From Mobula hypostoma (Eukaryota): a DNA stretch of 64,000 nt. The notes under the pieces are model-generated. The model was not told the origin of the DNA and made no database searches. It saw nothing but the letters and a program-made list of their open reading frames with translations. The stretch lies in assembly GCF_963921235.1 (NCBI RefSeq), contig NC_086101.1, positions 31,372,001 through 31,436,000 on the forward strand. Direction: 5' to 3'. Every line of letters starts with the position of its first letter. The first letter of the stretch is position 1. The position numbers were made by a program, and so were the translations under genes. This document shows positions 12,416 to 25,207 of the stretch, one piece after another.

Positions 12416-13214
12416 GGATGGGATCGAACTCTAAACATGAAACCCATTTACACTGCATTTACAGCTTACACATACACGCTGAAGGTAGCTTTATATAATA
12501 TTTTTAATAATTTTGACCATGAAACAATAATGTATACATTGAACCATCAGAGAGCTGAGCTGTCACTACCTTCGCTACCCAGATGGATGGTCGGTGGTTG
12601 CTTGGCATCACCATCATCCCGACTCTGAATTTATGTGCTATCGGTAAGCACTCTTTGTCTTACACGTTTGTTCATCACACATACAGTATGGCCTAATGCA
12701 GCCAATCACATGTCAGATTTTCATCGCCAACAACCTTAGCAACCCCATCAATGAGTTTCTCTGCTGCTTCATGATCAGCAGATACTTTATCATTACAAAT
12801 CTTTAAAAAAAAATTAATGTTGCACCTTTTCTTAAATTTCTGCAACCAGCCTGCTGAACATTCACAATTTCTTTCAATTTTCAATTCATTGTAATGAACA
12901 AGCTCTTTGCTTGCTTCATGATCAGCATACTGTTAAGCTGCATGTGTTCACTCTGACACTGACGATTCCTCTCTTGCAATACACGACAGAGATCTTCATT
13001 TTTCACTTAATGGAGTGCTTTACTAATTTCCATTAACTTCTGTTCATTACATATGTGAGGTCACTTCTCAGCACTGTCTGTGGTGCACATCACCTGGGAT
13101 CCTTCCCAGAGCCTTGTGGAATTCTCCATTTGTGATATCATGTCAGCAGTGAAAGAAATTTAAGATTTCAGTGGTTTTCGGATTTTGGAATTTCAGATAC
13201 AATGGCTTAACCTG
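12410..13214 (-). mobile_element. Tigger-type remnant, duplicated copy of 4729-5622
   Basis: ORF 12693-12884 (SAGWLQKFKKRCNI...ADHEAAEK, CENP-B HTH); right TIR CTTAACCTG. Confidence 0.8.
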
Positions 13215-13742
13215 TTACATTTCTTTTCTTTTCCCTAATGACAGCCTTGATATCTCTTATCAGTCAGGGTCTCCTGAACTTAGTGTGTCTACCTCTTACC
13301 CTGTGTATCTGAGTGCAGTGGTTATGATTAAGTGTATGAATACGTGCATGTGTGTGTGTGTTTGTATTGGAGTGGGACACAGAGTGATGACAGTAACCAA
13401 CCCCCTCCCCATCTCCAGGTTGTTGTTCCCAGTCTCTCAGTCCAGTCTGGCTCCACACTGCAGGGATGCCGGGGCGGGGGGGGGGGCACTGCCTTCCTGT
13501 AGCTGTGGGACTATGTGTCCCACAGCTACGGGACATCCCACGGTCATCCAGAAACATCCCACGTTCATTGCTGGGGAGAGCAGGACAGTCCCACTGGTTC
13601 CTGGACCGGTGGCTGCCCCATCCAATGTCAGTGAAGTCAGTGCTCTGGTGGTGATCACACTGCTGTTCATGGGATCTTGCTGAGTGCAGAATTGCTCCAC
13701 TTCAGAATCCTGTCATCAGCTCTCATAACCACTGGGGTGGGG

Positions 13743-13746
<4 letters not shown>

Positions 13747-13788
<42 letters not shown>
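13747..13788 (+). repeat. (GT)21 microsatellite
   Basis: Read directly; copy 1 has only a degenerate GTGA/GTGT tract here. Confidence 0.95.
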
Positions 13789-13791
<3 letters not shown>

Positions 13792-15545
13792 GGGGGTGTA
13801 GGAAGCACCTTGATTGGTAAACTGCAGATCAATGGTGGTGGAGCAATGAGTCAGGTATATCTCTAACTTCACCTTCCTACACCCCAGTAACCTGTCACTC
13901 TGGTAACAGAAGAGATAAACATATGTTTAAACTTATGTCCTCCAGTTTTTTGTTTTCTTTCCCTTACCCTGGATAAAACTGTGTGCATTCACCCTATCTA
14001 TCTGAGCAGTTTCAAGTTCCTGCTTGTCAATATGTCAGAAGATCTGCCTGGGCCCAGCACATTGAACTAATCATGAAGAAGGCATGCCAGCTCTACTTCA
14101 TTAGGAATTTGAGGAGATTTGGTGTGTCAGCAAATTTCTACAGATGTACAGTGGAGAGCATTCTGACTGGTTACATCGGAACCTGACACTGCAAAAGGTC
14201 GTCAACTCAGCCAAATCCATCATGGGCACAACCTTCCCCACCTTTGAGGACATCTTCAAGAAGCACTGCTTCAAGATGGCAGAATCCATCGTCATGGATC
14301 CTCACATTCCAGAACATGCCCCCTTCTCATTACCACCATTAGACCCACATAGAATGATTCAAAAATAGCATCTTTTCCTCTATCAGATTTCTGAGTCCAT
14401 GAATGTTATGCCCTTCTCTTTATTGCACTATTTATTTTGTGATTCATAACGTGCCTTTGTACTGTAACTCCTGCTGCAAAACAGCACAAGGAAGAAATTC
14501 CCAGCCTGAACAATCTCACCCTGTAACCCAGGCCTTCAGATTTCAGTCACAAACAAGAGAAAACCTAAAGGTGCTGGAAATCCAAGCAACACACACAAAA
14601 TGCTGGAACCATCTATGGAAAAGAGTTGCTTCAAATTTCAATGGTATTTCCACTACTTTGTTCCTCTAATAAGGTTGCCAAAACCTGTACAAGTACTCCA
14701 GATGCAACCTCACCAGCACTTCTCAAAGTTCAAAGCTCTAAGCAAATGTATTACTAGAAATACGTCGATGTCACCTGATGTACCCTGAGATTCATTGTCT
14801 TTCAGGCTTTCACATAGAACAAAGCACAACAGAATCAATGAAAACCTATGCACAAAGACAGACAAGCAACTATTGTGTAAAACAAGACAAACTATGCAAA
14901 TACAGAAAAGACAAATAATAATAATAAATGAACAAGTAATTAAGTAATAGGAAGAATATGAATTGTAGAATCCTTGAAAGTGAGTCTATAGGTTGTGTTC
15001 GATGATCAGTTCAGTGTTGTGCTGAGTGAAGATGTCCATGCTGGTCCAGGAGCCTGATGGTTGAAGGATAATAACTTTTCCTGAACTGGTGGTATGGGAC
15101 TTGAGGCTCCAGTACCTCCTTCCTGATCACAGCAGTGAGAAGAGAGCATGTCCTGGATGCTGGGGGTTCTTGATGATGGATGTGGTTTTCTTGTGGCAGT
15201 GTTCTTAGTAAATGTGCTCAGTGGTGGAGAGGACATTTCCTGTGATGGACTGCACTGTGTCCAATGATTGTATAGGCTTTTCTGTTCTTGGCTTCTTGTG
15301 ATTGTTTGCTTAATAGGCCATGATGCAACCCCTCAGGATTCTTTCTACTGTGCATCTATAGTAGCTTGTCAAATTTTTAGATGGCATGACAAATCTGTGC
15401 AAGCTCACAGAATGTCTTAACACCTGTACTCAATGCCCTCTCCTCCCTAATCTAAGCACCTCCCAACCACTACCTTTCATTCCCTGAAGGCCTCCTAATT
15501 ATAGCACAGGCTCCTCTTTCTTCTCCCCTGGTCCCATCACCTTGA

Positions 15546-18500
15546 ACCCAAGGGTGACCCATATTCTTGAGGACAGGTTTGTTAGTTCTCTTGGGGAGGA
15601 TTTAAACTATTTGGCAGGGTGATGAGAACTAGGATGAAGGGACTCAGGATAGGAAAGATGGCAAAAAAAGATAGCATGCCCTCAAATTGTCAGGAAGAGC
15701 AAGCAGATGATGGGACAAAGTTGCAGCCAGTAGGATATGAGTCAGTGCATTCATGATGCAGAATCAGAAAGAGTAGCAAACACAGCACTCTAAGTGTTGT
15801 ATCTCAATGCATGGAGTATAAGAAATAAGGTGGATGATCTTGCTGTACTATTACAGATTGTCAGGTATGATGTTATGGCCATCACTGAATCGTGGCTAAA
15901 GGATGGTTGTAGTTGGGAGCTGAATGTCCAAGGCTACACATTGTATCAGAGGGATAGAAAGGTAGGCAGAGGGGGTGCCATGGCTCTGCTGGTAAGGAAT
16001 GGCATCAAATCAGTAGAAAGATGTGACATAGGATCGGAAGATGTTGAATCCTTGTGGATTGAGTTAAGAAACTGCAAGGGTAAAAGGACCCTAATGGCAG
16101 TTATATACAGGCCTTCCAGTAGTAGCTGGGATGTGGACCACAGATTACAATGGGAAATAGAAAAGGCGAGACAAAAGAGCAATGTTATGATAGTCATGGG
16201 AAATTTCAACATGCAGGTCGATTGGGAGAATCAGGTTGGTAATGGATCTCAAGAGAGTGAATTTGTTGAATGCTTACGAGATGGCTTTTTAGAGCAGTTT
16301 GTCATTGAGCCTACTAGAAGATCAGCTATACTGGATTGGGTGTCATGTAATGAACTGGAGGTGATTAGAGAGCTTGAGGTAAAAGAACCCTAAGGAAGCA
16401 GTGATCACAATGTGATTGAATTAGTCATAGTATAGTCATAGTCATACTTTATTGATCCCAGGGGAAAATCGGTTAAATTCACCTTGAAATTAGATAGGGA
16501 GAAAGTAAAGTCTGATGTAGCAGTATTTCAGTGGAGTAAAGGAAATTACAGTGGTATGAGAGAGGAGTTGGCCAAAATAAATTGGAAGGAGATGCTGGCA
16601 GGAATGACAGCAGAGCAGCAATGGTGTGAGTTTCTGGGAAAAATGAGAAAGGTGCAGGATAAATGTATTCCAAAATCAAAGGAAAACTGAAATGGCAAAA
16701 TAGTATAACTGTGGCTGACAAGGGAAGTCAAAGCGAATGTAAAAGCAAAAGAGAGGGCCTACAACAACGTAAAAATTAGCAGGAAGACAGAGGATTGGGA
16801 AGCTTTTAAAAACCTACAGACAGCAACTAAAAATTAGGAAGAAAAGATGAAATATGAAAGCAAGCTAACAAATAATATCAAAGTGGACAGTTAAAGCTTT
16901 TTCAAGTATGTAAAAAATAAAAGAGAGATCTGAGTGGATACAAGACCACTAGAAAATGAGGCCGGAGAAATAATAATGGGAGACATGGAGATGGCAGATG
17001 AACTAAATGAGTATTTCACATCAGTCTTCTCTGTGGAAGACACTAGCAGTGTGCGATATGTTGAAGGGTGTGAGCGAAGAGAAGTGAGTGCAGATACTAT
17101 TATAAGGTAGAAGCTGCTCAAAAAGCTTAAAGACCTAAGGGTATAAAAGTCACCCGGCCCAGATAAACTGCACCCTAGGGATCTGAAAGAGGTAGCGGTA
17201 GAGATTGTGGAGACATTAGTAATGATTGTGACGAGAATACACATAAAATTAAGATGTTTGCTGGCCTAGGTTAGCATCAGTGACATCAGCAAGTGATCTG
17301 CCACCTGCCCTCAGGGGAAGGAGAGATAAGGAACAATGAAGCAGCATCTGGAGATGTGTAATGAAGGGACGTGGGAGAGAGAGCTGTCTGGAGCGGCTCC
17401 CCCTTTGAACACTGAACTGTTTGAAGTGATGGACAGGCGATACCCCAGCAGGGGGATAAAAAGGGACCGGTTCGCTAAGGCAGGACACACGCCACCCGAG
17501 GTAACGAGACCCTGGAAGCGGTGCGCTTCTCACGAGTCGGTGAGAGGTACCAGACAACGGCCAGGGTGGAAAGGTACGATCAGCGGGAACCCGGTGTGTG
17601 TCCGCCCTTGCCTGGGTGCCGGGTTCACTGCAGAGGATCGACCGCATCTGGAGGAGGGGTCACAGTCGGTGACCTCAGCTGACATCACCAAGGACCCGCC
17701 CAAAAGCTGCTTGTGAGCCATCTCGCCGGTCTGTGAGTGAAGCCGTGTCTGAATGATCAGTTGTTCCTGTTCTATCTCTCTCTTCCCCCACGTTGTCCAT
17801 CGCCATGGCAACGATTACTGCGAACTGAACTACTAAACTGGACTGAACTTTGAGTCACTTTGAAATTTGGTCATTTACCCCTAGACAACGATAGAGCTTG
17901 ATTGATGCTGTTATCTTAATTCTGTGCACATGTGTGTTTATCATTGCTGAACTGTTGCATTTATTATCCTTTCGATTACTGTGTTGCTTATTTCTTTAAT
18001 AAAACTTTCTTCGTTCTAGTACTCCAGACTCCAACTGAGTGATCTATTTCTGCTGGTTTGGCAACCCAGTTACGGGGTACGTAACATGATCTTTTAAAAA
18101 TCATTGGATTCTGGCAGGGTGCCAGAGGACTGGAAAATTGCAAATGTCACATCACTGTTTAAGAAAGGAGGAAGGCAGCAGAAAGGAAATGATAGACCAG
18201 TTAGCCTGACCTCAGTGGTTGGGAAGATGTTGGACTCAATTGTTAAGCATGAGGTTATGGAGTACGTGGTGACACAGGACAACTTAGGACAAAGTCAGCA
18301 TGGTTTCCTTAAGGGAAAATCTTGGCTGAAGAACCTCTTAGAATTCTTTGAGGAGATTACAAGTAGGATAAGTAAAGTGAATGTAGTGGATGTTGTATAT
18401 TTGGACTTTCAGAAGGCCAAGCTAAGAGCCCATGGTATTACAGGAAAGTTACTGGCACGTTTAGAGCATTGACTGATTGGTAGGACGTTGAGAGTGGGAA

Positions 18501-19500
18501 TAAAAAGATCCATTTCTGGTTGGCTGCCAGTGACCAGTGGTGTTCTGCAGGGGTCGGTGTTGGGACTGCTTTTTATGCTGTATATCAATGATTTAAATGA
18601 TGGAATAGATGGCTTTGTTGCCAAGTTTGCAGATGATAAGAAGATTGGTGGAGGAGCAGGTAGTGTTGAGGAAACAGGCAGGATGAAGAAAGACAGATCA
18701 GCAGAATGGGGAAGGAAGTGGAAAATGAAATATAATGTTGGAAATTGCATAGTCATGCACTTTGGTAATAGAAATATATGTGCAGACTGTTTTCTAAACG
18801 GGAAGAATATCCAAAAATCTGAGATGCAAAGGGACTTGGGAGTCTTTGTGCAGAACACCCTAAAGGTTAACTTGCAGATAAAGTCGGTGGTGAGGAAGGC
18901 AAATGTAATGTTAGCATTCATTTCAAGAGGTCCAGAATAAAAGAGCAAGGATGTAATTCTAAGGCTTTATAAGGCACTGGTGAGGCCTCACCTTGAGTAT
19001 TGTGAACAGTTTTGGGCTCCTTATCTAAGAAAAGATGTGCTGGCATTGGAGAGGGTTCAGAGGAGGTTCACAAGGATGATTCCAGAAATTAAAGGTTTAT
19101 CATACGAGGAACGTTTGATAGCTCTGGGTCTATACTCGCTGGAATTTAGGAGGATTGGGGGGAGAGGGATCTCATTGAATCCTTTCAAATGTTGAAAGGC
19201 CTTGATAGAGTAAATGTGGAGAGGGTCTTTCCTCTGGTGGGGAGTCTAAGACCAGAGGACACAGCCTCAGAAAAGAGGGGCATCCTTTATGAATAGAGAT
19301 GAGAAGGAACTTCTTTAGCCAAAGAGTGGTGAATCTGTGAAATTCCTTGCCACAAGTAGCTGTGGAGACAAAGTCATGTGGTATATTGGATACAGGGAGA
19401 AGGCAGGAGATTGGGGCTGAGAGGGAAATGGGTCAGCCATGATGAAATGGTGGAGTAGGTTCGATAGGCCGCATGGTCTAGTTCTGCTCCTATATCTAAT
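15546..19500 (+). mobile_element. CR1-type LINE (APE and RT ORF2 with stops/frameshifts), interrupted by a solo LTR and an about 50-bp antisense LINE tail at about 16425-16475
   Basis: YLNAWSIRNKVDDL...AITESWL (APE); HGFLKGKS, YLDFQKA, GVLQGSVLG, KFADD (RT); 3' tail. Confidence 0.93.
17227..18086 (+). mobile_element. Solo LTR (860 bp)
   Basis: TGTGAC...GTAACA termini, 4-bp TSD TGAT, AATAAA near 17998, many CpGs retained; the CR1 reading resumes across it. Confidence 0.9.
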
Positions 19501-19737
19501 GATCAAATTGCACAATCCTAACCCCACCTTAGCAATAGGACATTATTGATCACCTCATGCACTACCAAGAAGTTGGCTCTGTAATGTTGCACAGAGTTTA
19601 TCTAGTGTAATTTGTCTAGTAGAGTTTGTCTAGTATAATTTATGCTCTGGACATTGTGAGTCCACATCCCTGTGATGTTGCTACAACCATTTCATTGTAG
19701 TTCACTGCACTTGTGCACATGTCAATAAACTTGATGG

Positions 19738-19890
19738 GAAGCCTCACACACAAACCCTATCTGGCAACAGGTGACAACTTGTAGCCACACCACTTAATTG
19801 GCATGTTTATCCCACGTTAACCCTGCAGTTCAAGAGGCTGCAATCTGTTTCTCTGCTGCTTGTAGTTGAGGATTTTACAGCCAGCCCCTC
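19738..19890 (+). promoter_or_regulatory. S-X-Y module C plus degenerate kappaB-like block
   Basis: GAAGCCT (19738), TCTGGCAACAGGTG-AC (19760), ATTGG (19797; 37 nt), GAGGATTTTAC. Confidence 0.7.
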
Positions 19891-21319
19891 TCAGTCCCAT
19901 ATGAACAGGAAACCTCTGCTTCCCAATCTTGAAAAACACACCAGCATCTCTGGAACAAAGTCCCATCCACTACACTCCCACTCTTCGGTTTCCTGAGACA
20001 TCCCCATTCCTAGGACAATCATTGACCCCTCTTTTCCTTCTCTCTCCCACTAGTATTCCCTGTCTCCTGCCCTCCCCCATCAGATCAATCCTACAACCCC
20101 ACACTCTGTCCTTTCCTCACAATTTAATGCAGTTGCATCTTTTACAGTAAGAGATATTTAGACAGGCACATGGACAGAGAGAATGGAGGGATATGGATCA
20201 TCTGCATGTAGATGGGGTTAGTAGGATTGGTTTCATGGTCAGAATTGACAAGATATGCACAACGCCCTGATTCTCTGGTGTACTATTCTCACCCATTCCC
20301 ACTCCTCCATCTTTTCCTCATTATTCAACTCCACACCAAGTCAACTATACCCTCCCCTCCATCATCCCCAAGACAAAAAGATTCTGGACTGAGTGGCAGC
20401 AATTGGGATTAGTACAAACAGTTCCTGGATAGTTGGCATGAATATGATGGGCTGAAGGGCCTGTTTCTATGCTATGCGACACTATGAACCTCTAACTGTG
20501 AATTCCTTCAAATAACCAGCCTTTCCAGTAGATGACCAGCTGTGATGAAAGATCACCCACTGTAACAAGTTCAGGTTTCCTCTCCCCACAGCCGCTACCT
20601 GCTATGCTGGGTATTACCCGCATTCTCCTTTAATTCCCATTTCCAACATCCTGCACTATTGTCCCTCTCATTGCCCCAATGTTGTTATTTACCCCTCTCC
20701 CCTGCTCTCTATCCCCTCATCTTTTTACCCCTCTTCCCAAAGCTGCATCCACAGCTGAGGGTGGGGAAAAATGAGAAGAGATGGTGAATTTCCTGACTAT
20801 CTGTCAGATCCCAAGAAGAAAACTTGTTGCATCACAGACTGATTGGGCAATTGCAACACCGCTGAATGGAAGAGGTTAGAGAAAGTAGAGGACACAGCCC
20901 TCCCAGCACTCACATCTACAGGAGGCATTGCCTCAAGAATGCAGCATCTGCCATCACCAATCCCTACTGTTTAGCCTGTGCCTTCTTGCCACGCTACCTT
21001 TGGATAGGAGACACAGAAGCCTGCAGTTTCACGCCACCAGGTCAGAAACAGCTACTTCCCTTCAACCATCAGGTTCTTGAACCTACCGCACAACCCTATT
21101 GCCATCTCAACAATGGAAGTCTATGGCCCACCTCTTTAACTATCAGGAAACTGTCTCTGGTATTTTTTTCCCCTCACTAATGTCTTGATTTGCACAGACT
21201 TTATGCTTCAGTGCCTGCTACAATTTATATATAATTTATGTTGTACCTGCATGGTTGTGATGCTTCTGCAGTTGTTTCGTTGGCCCTGTACTTCACTGCA
21301 CTTGACAATAAACTTCATC

Positions 21320-21470
21320 AAGGCTTCAAAAAGAAACCCTACCCCCCAACAGGTGACAAAACTAGCCACACCATATAATTGGCTTGTTATTGCATGTTAA
21401 TAACTGTGGTTTACAAGAATGCAGTCTGTTCTCTACCGCTTGTAGTTGGGGATTTTCTAGCCACACCCCC
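21320..21470 (+). promoter_or_regulatory. S-X-Y module D (degenerate X) plus kappaB-like block
   Basis: AAGGCTT (21320), CCCCCCAACAGGTG-AC (21342), ATTGG (21378; 36 nt), GGGGATTTTCT (21448). Confidence 0.6.
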
Positions 21471-23037
21471 CCTCCAGTGTTTCACACATAGACACTAGCA
21501 GTTCCTGGAATGAAGTCCCATCTATTCCAATCCTCCCATTCCCTGAAATAACCTCATCTGTCAGATTGGCACTGGTCCCTAATACTGCTTCCTTGTTCTC
21601 CCCTACTATCTAGTCTCTGACCCACACTCATAGTTCATTTACCTCACCCTCTATCCTCACACTTTAATTCAGTACACAGTAAACTGAAGAACCCTTAAGA
21701 ACCTTGGTGGACACTGGGGTCTTGGGCTGGAGGGGCTCAGCTCACTGACAGTGTGACCACACAAGCTGACAGAGTGGTAAAGGAGGTGGACAGTATACTT
21801 GCCTTCATTGGTCAGGGCAAGGATGCAGTTGCAGCTGTATAAAACTTTGTTCAGGCACCATTGGGAGCATTGTGTAAAGTTCCAGTCACTGCATCAGAGG
21901 AGTAATTACTGCTGGAACTGATTTATTATTATTGCACAGTTTGCTGATGTGTAGTGAATAGCTTGTCTTGTATACAGTTCATACAGATGAATTCATTGCA
22001 TGGAAGAGAGAATGTTTCAAAGTACATTTATTATCAAATTATGCATGTGGTATACAACCCCACGTTTCATCTTTCCACAGGGTTGGCCTCCAGTTCCAGC
22101 CCTGATGAAGGGTCTCAGCCTAAAATGAGAACTGTGCTCTTTTCCATAGATGCTGCTTGGTCTTCTGAGTTCCTTCAGCACTGTGTACTGCTTCATCTTT
22201 CCACAGACAGCCATGATACAATCCATTCAAGAAAACATCAAATACCCAAAAACAAATCATACAAACCACAGAAAAGCAAAAAAAAAATTATAAAACATGA
22301 AACCACATTGAAACAGTCCAAGGACACTAGTTTTATTTCAGATCAATCTGGTGATGTCTCATTGACTGCAGGCTGCAGAGCCCGCCCACCCCAACCAATC
22401 ACAAAAAACAATAAAAATAAAAGTAACCAGAAATCAAACACATTGTCCAATCTACAAACCATTTTTGATTAAACTTTTCCCAAAACCCAGGGCTCTGGTA
22501 GCATTAAGCAAGACCAGTCAAACACAGGTCCCTTCCTCCAGAAGCGGTGACTGGTCCCTCATTCACATGCAGACATCTTCCTCCAGGAGCAGCACATAAG
22601 AGACGGGCCAAATGCAGGCAGATGGCACTGGACACCATCTCACCTTCTGCTCTCATCTTCATTGATTTCAATCTTGTTTGATGATTTAATCAGTCAGGTC
22701 AGCAAGAAATGGAGTTGATCATGGGGCTCACACCCCATCTCCAGGCTTCTTGACCTTCAGGCCCCACACTACTTGAAACCTCAAACTCCCTCAGACAGCA
22801 AACCACCAGATCACTCAATTGCCTGAAAAACACCATCAATGTCCAGAGAGAGCATGGAAGAGGTCCAAAAGGATGTTGCCTGGTTGGAGATTTTTTTTTT
22901 TTTGCTGAGAAGTTGAACAAACTTGCTTTGGTTCCTCTTGTGTGAGAAACTGACAATATACCTGACAGACATCATATTACAAGAGGTGAAGATTGTATAG
23001 ACAGTTTCCGAGGATCGAACTGACAAATGCTACAGGG

Positions 23038-23533
23038 CTCTCAGGGGCCACTTTAAGCTACAGTAATGGAACTTGGTCTGCTGCTGTTGACCTTCAAAGT
23101 GGATGGTCTATGTGTTGTGCATTCATTGATGCTATTCTGCATGCCTGCTGTAATGTGTAGTTGAGTTAGTCATTTTCCCATCAGCTTGAACTGGTCTGGC
23201 CATTCTCCTCTGGCCTCCCTCATTAACGATGCATTTTCACCCACAAAACTGCCACAGGTTTTTTTTTTTAATTTTTGCACTATTCTCCATAAACTCAAAA
23301 TAGTTTGCATGAAAAATCTAAGATCAGTAGCTTGTGAAATGCTCAAGCTGCACTGTCCAGCACCAACAATCAACTCATGGTCAAGATTTAGATCACATTT
23401 CTTCCCCTTGCTGAAGTTTGGTCTCTTGACCATGCTCACATCATTAACACAAGTTAATGCCACATCATAGGATGACAGATATTTGTATTAACAAGCAGCT
23501 GCACAGGTTTACCCAATAAAGTGCCCACTGAGT
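23038..23533. mobile_element. Non-autonomous Tc1/mariner-like element
   Basis: Imperfect TIRs CTCAGGGGCCACTTTA / TAAAGTGCCCACTGAG. Confidence 0.55.
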
Positions 23534-23918
23534 AGAATGAGATACAATTCCACATTACAGCTGCATTTAAGATATACAATCCTCATTTTCCAGGGTGCAC
23601 ACCAGCTCCTGTGCCCACTGCTGGCACTGGAGGGTATTCAGAGTGGCAGTGGACAACGTGTGCTCCCTCTCTAGGACACTCAGACAAGGATGTACATCTC
23701 AGTGGGACTGCATACTTCCCAGACTGCTCCTGTGGAGCAAAGGGCTTTCTCCTACCCCTGGTGAAGTCCCAATATATCCCTCCCCACCCAACCACCAATT
23801 GGGATGTTCCATTCTGCCCTCCCTTCAGTTGAGGGCACCTTCCCCTTCTGTACTCAGATTATTAAAGCTCCCCATCACTGTAATCAGCAGAAAACCATAA
23901 TGAGTTCCCAATACTGAT

Positions 23919-23924
23919 TTTATT
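23919..23924 (-). terminator. Candidate polyadenylation signal (AATAAA) of the class II beta mRNA
   Basis: First minus-strand AATAAA I found after the stop (about 1.3 kb UTR). An ATTAAA at 24410-24415 is an alternative. Confidence 0.35.
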
Positions 23925-25196
23925 TTACATTTCCAACATCATTTGCCTTGATTTTCCACACTGATTTGCCTCTGCCCTGGAGGAGAGTGGCTCAGCTAGA
24001 GGAAAGGACAGTAGGGAAAGGAATCAATTGGACTCATTAGACAACCCACACCTAGTTTCCAGTTGCTTCTCCCCCAGTTTCTCCAGTCCCAGGACTGGCA
24101 TCATTTGGTGCCATCAGGAAGAACATTGAAGTCTGAGTCAATGGCTGTTCCTTCACTGAGGGAGATTGGGAGCCCATCCTTTCTACTTAACCACTCTACC
24201 CCAGGCAGGGAGGAGTTTGCAGAATGAGACAGATTAAACTTCACACTGGACCCCAAATACTTGGAGTGTTGTGGATGGCAGGTCCACTGCCCAGTGGGTA
24301 ACATTTACTGAGGAATTAAAATGCCATGTGGGTGAGAACATCTGGGAGAATCAGAGTGACAAATACTGGGGAACAATGACAGCAAGCAACAAGTAGGCAT
24401 CCCAAAGTGTTTAATCTAAACCATGCCATCAGTAGATACAAAGATCAATGTTTGCAATAAAATCATTTAAACTGTAGAGAACAGTAATATTTAAGATGCC
24501 AATTTACAGTTAGAGATTGAAGGGTGTTATAGCAAGACAGGAAGGATTATTACAGGACATTTGGGAATGATCCCCAAACCAGTGAGAAATAGATTGACTG
24601 CAGTATACAAGCTACAGTCACACTGGGTGTTCAGCAGGGTCGAGCTTTCAGTGAACCTTTATATTGTTGCGTAGAGGGAACTGCTTTCAAAGCCAACAGA
24701 GCAGCTTCCTACCCACTGGGCTGGAGTCCTGGGGCAGTCAGCAGGTTCAAACCACCATGGAGGATAGAAACTGCACTGTGCTTGAGACTGGGTTAACTGA
24801 TTTGTGGGCCCATCAGACCTGGAACAGAGGATGGAGAGATATCAGTGTCCAGACAAGAGCATGGGGACTGTCCTACCTTTACAAAGCTCCTCCTAATGTT
24901 ACATTGACCTCTGTACTGCACACAGGGTCCCTAGTGACAGTGCCATCTTTATACTCCCTGCCCCATCCCCACTGGTTACATGACATGTCCACTCTACAGG
25001 GAGCTCCACAGGCAGCATTTAGTGTTGCTGCCTCAAATCCAGTGGCAGGTTCAATCCTGACCTCCAGCACTCTGGAGTTTGCATTCTCCGTGACTATATT
25101 GGGGGGTGGGGGGTGGGGACAGACACACAACCACCCCCCCTCCCCCCTGAGCTCTACTTCCCTCCAAAATCCTAACATTGTGCAGGTCAGTGTGGG

Positions 25197-25207
25197 TTAA
25201 CTGGCTG
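25197..25207 (-). CDS. mhc2b: Probable terminal coding exon 6 (P-A-S-stop; alternative acceptors give PTAAS* or PS*)
   Basis: Pyrimidine tract then ...ctctaAGctacAGcAGccagtTAA, about 258 bp after exon 5. All three AGs keep the frame to the same TAA. Confidence 0.55.

Larger units (their letters stand above)
12410..15545 (+). repeat. Segmental duplication, copy 2 (lacks the equivalent of about 6321-7990)
   Basis: TCTGGTAA joins directly to the block matching 7990 (GAAGAG.TAAAC.TATGTTTA.ACTTATGTCCTC). Confidence 0.85.

Noticed and set aside
17336-17716. 126-aa ORF in the LTR as a gag or accessory gene
   Set aside because: Wholly inside a solo LTR; no retroviral motifs.
24664-25200. 178-aa plus-strand ORF and overlapping minus ORFs
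   Set aside because: Lie in or antisense to the inferred 3' UTR; no recognisable domain.
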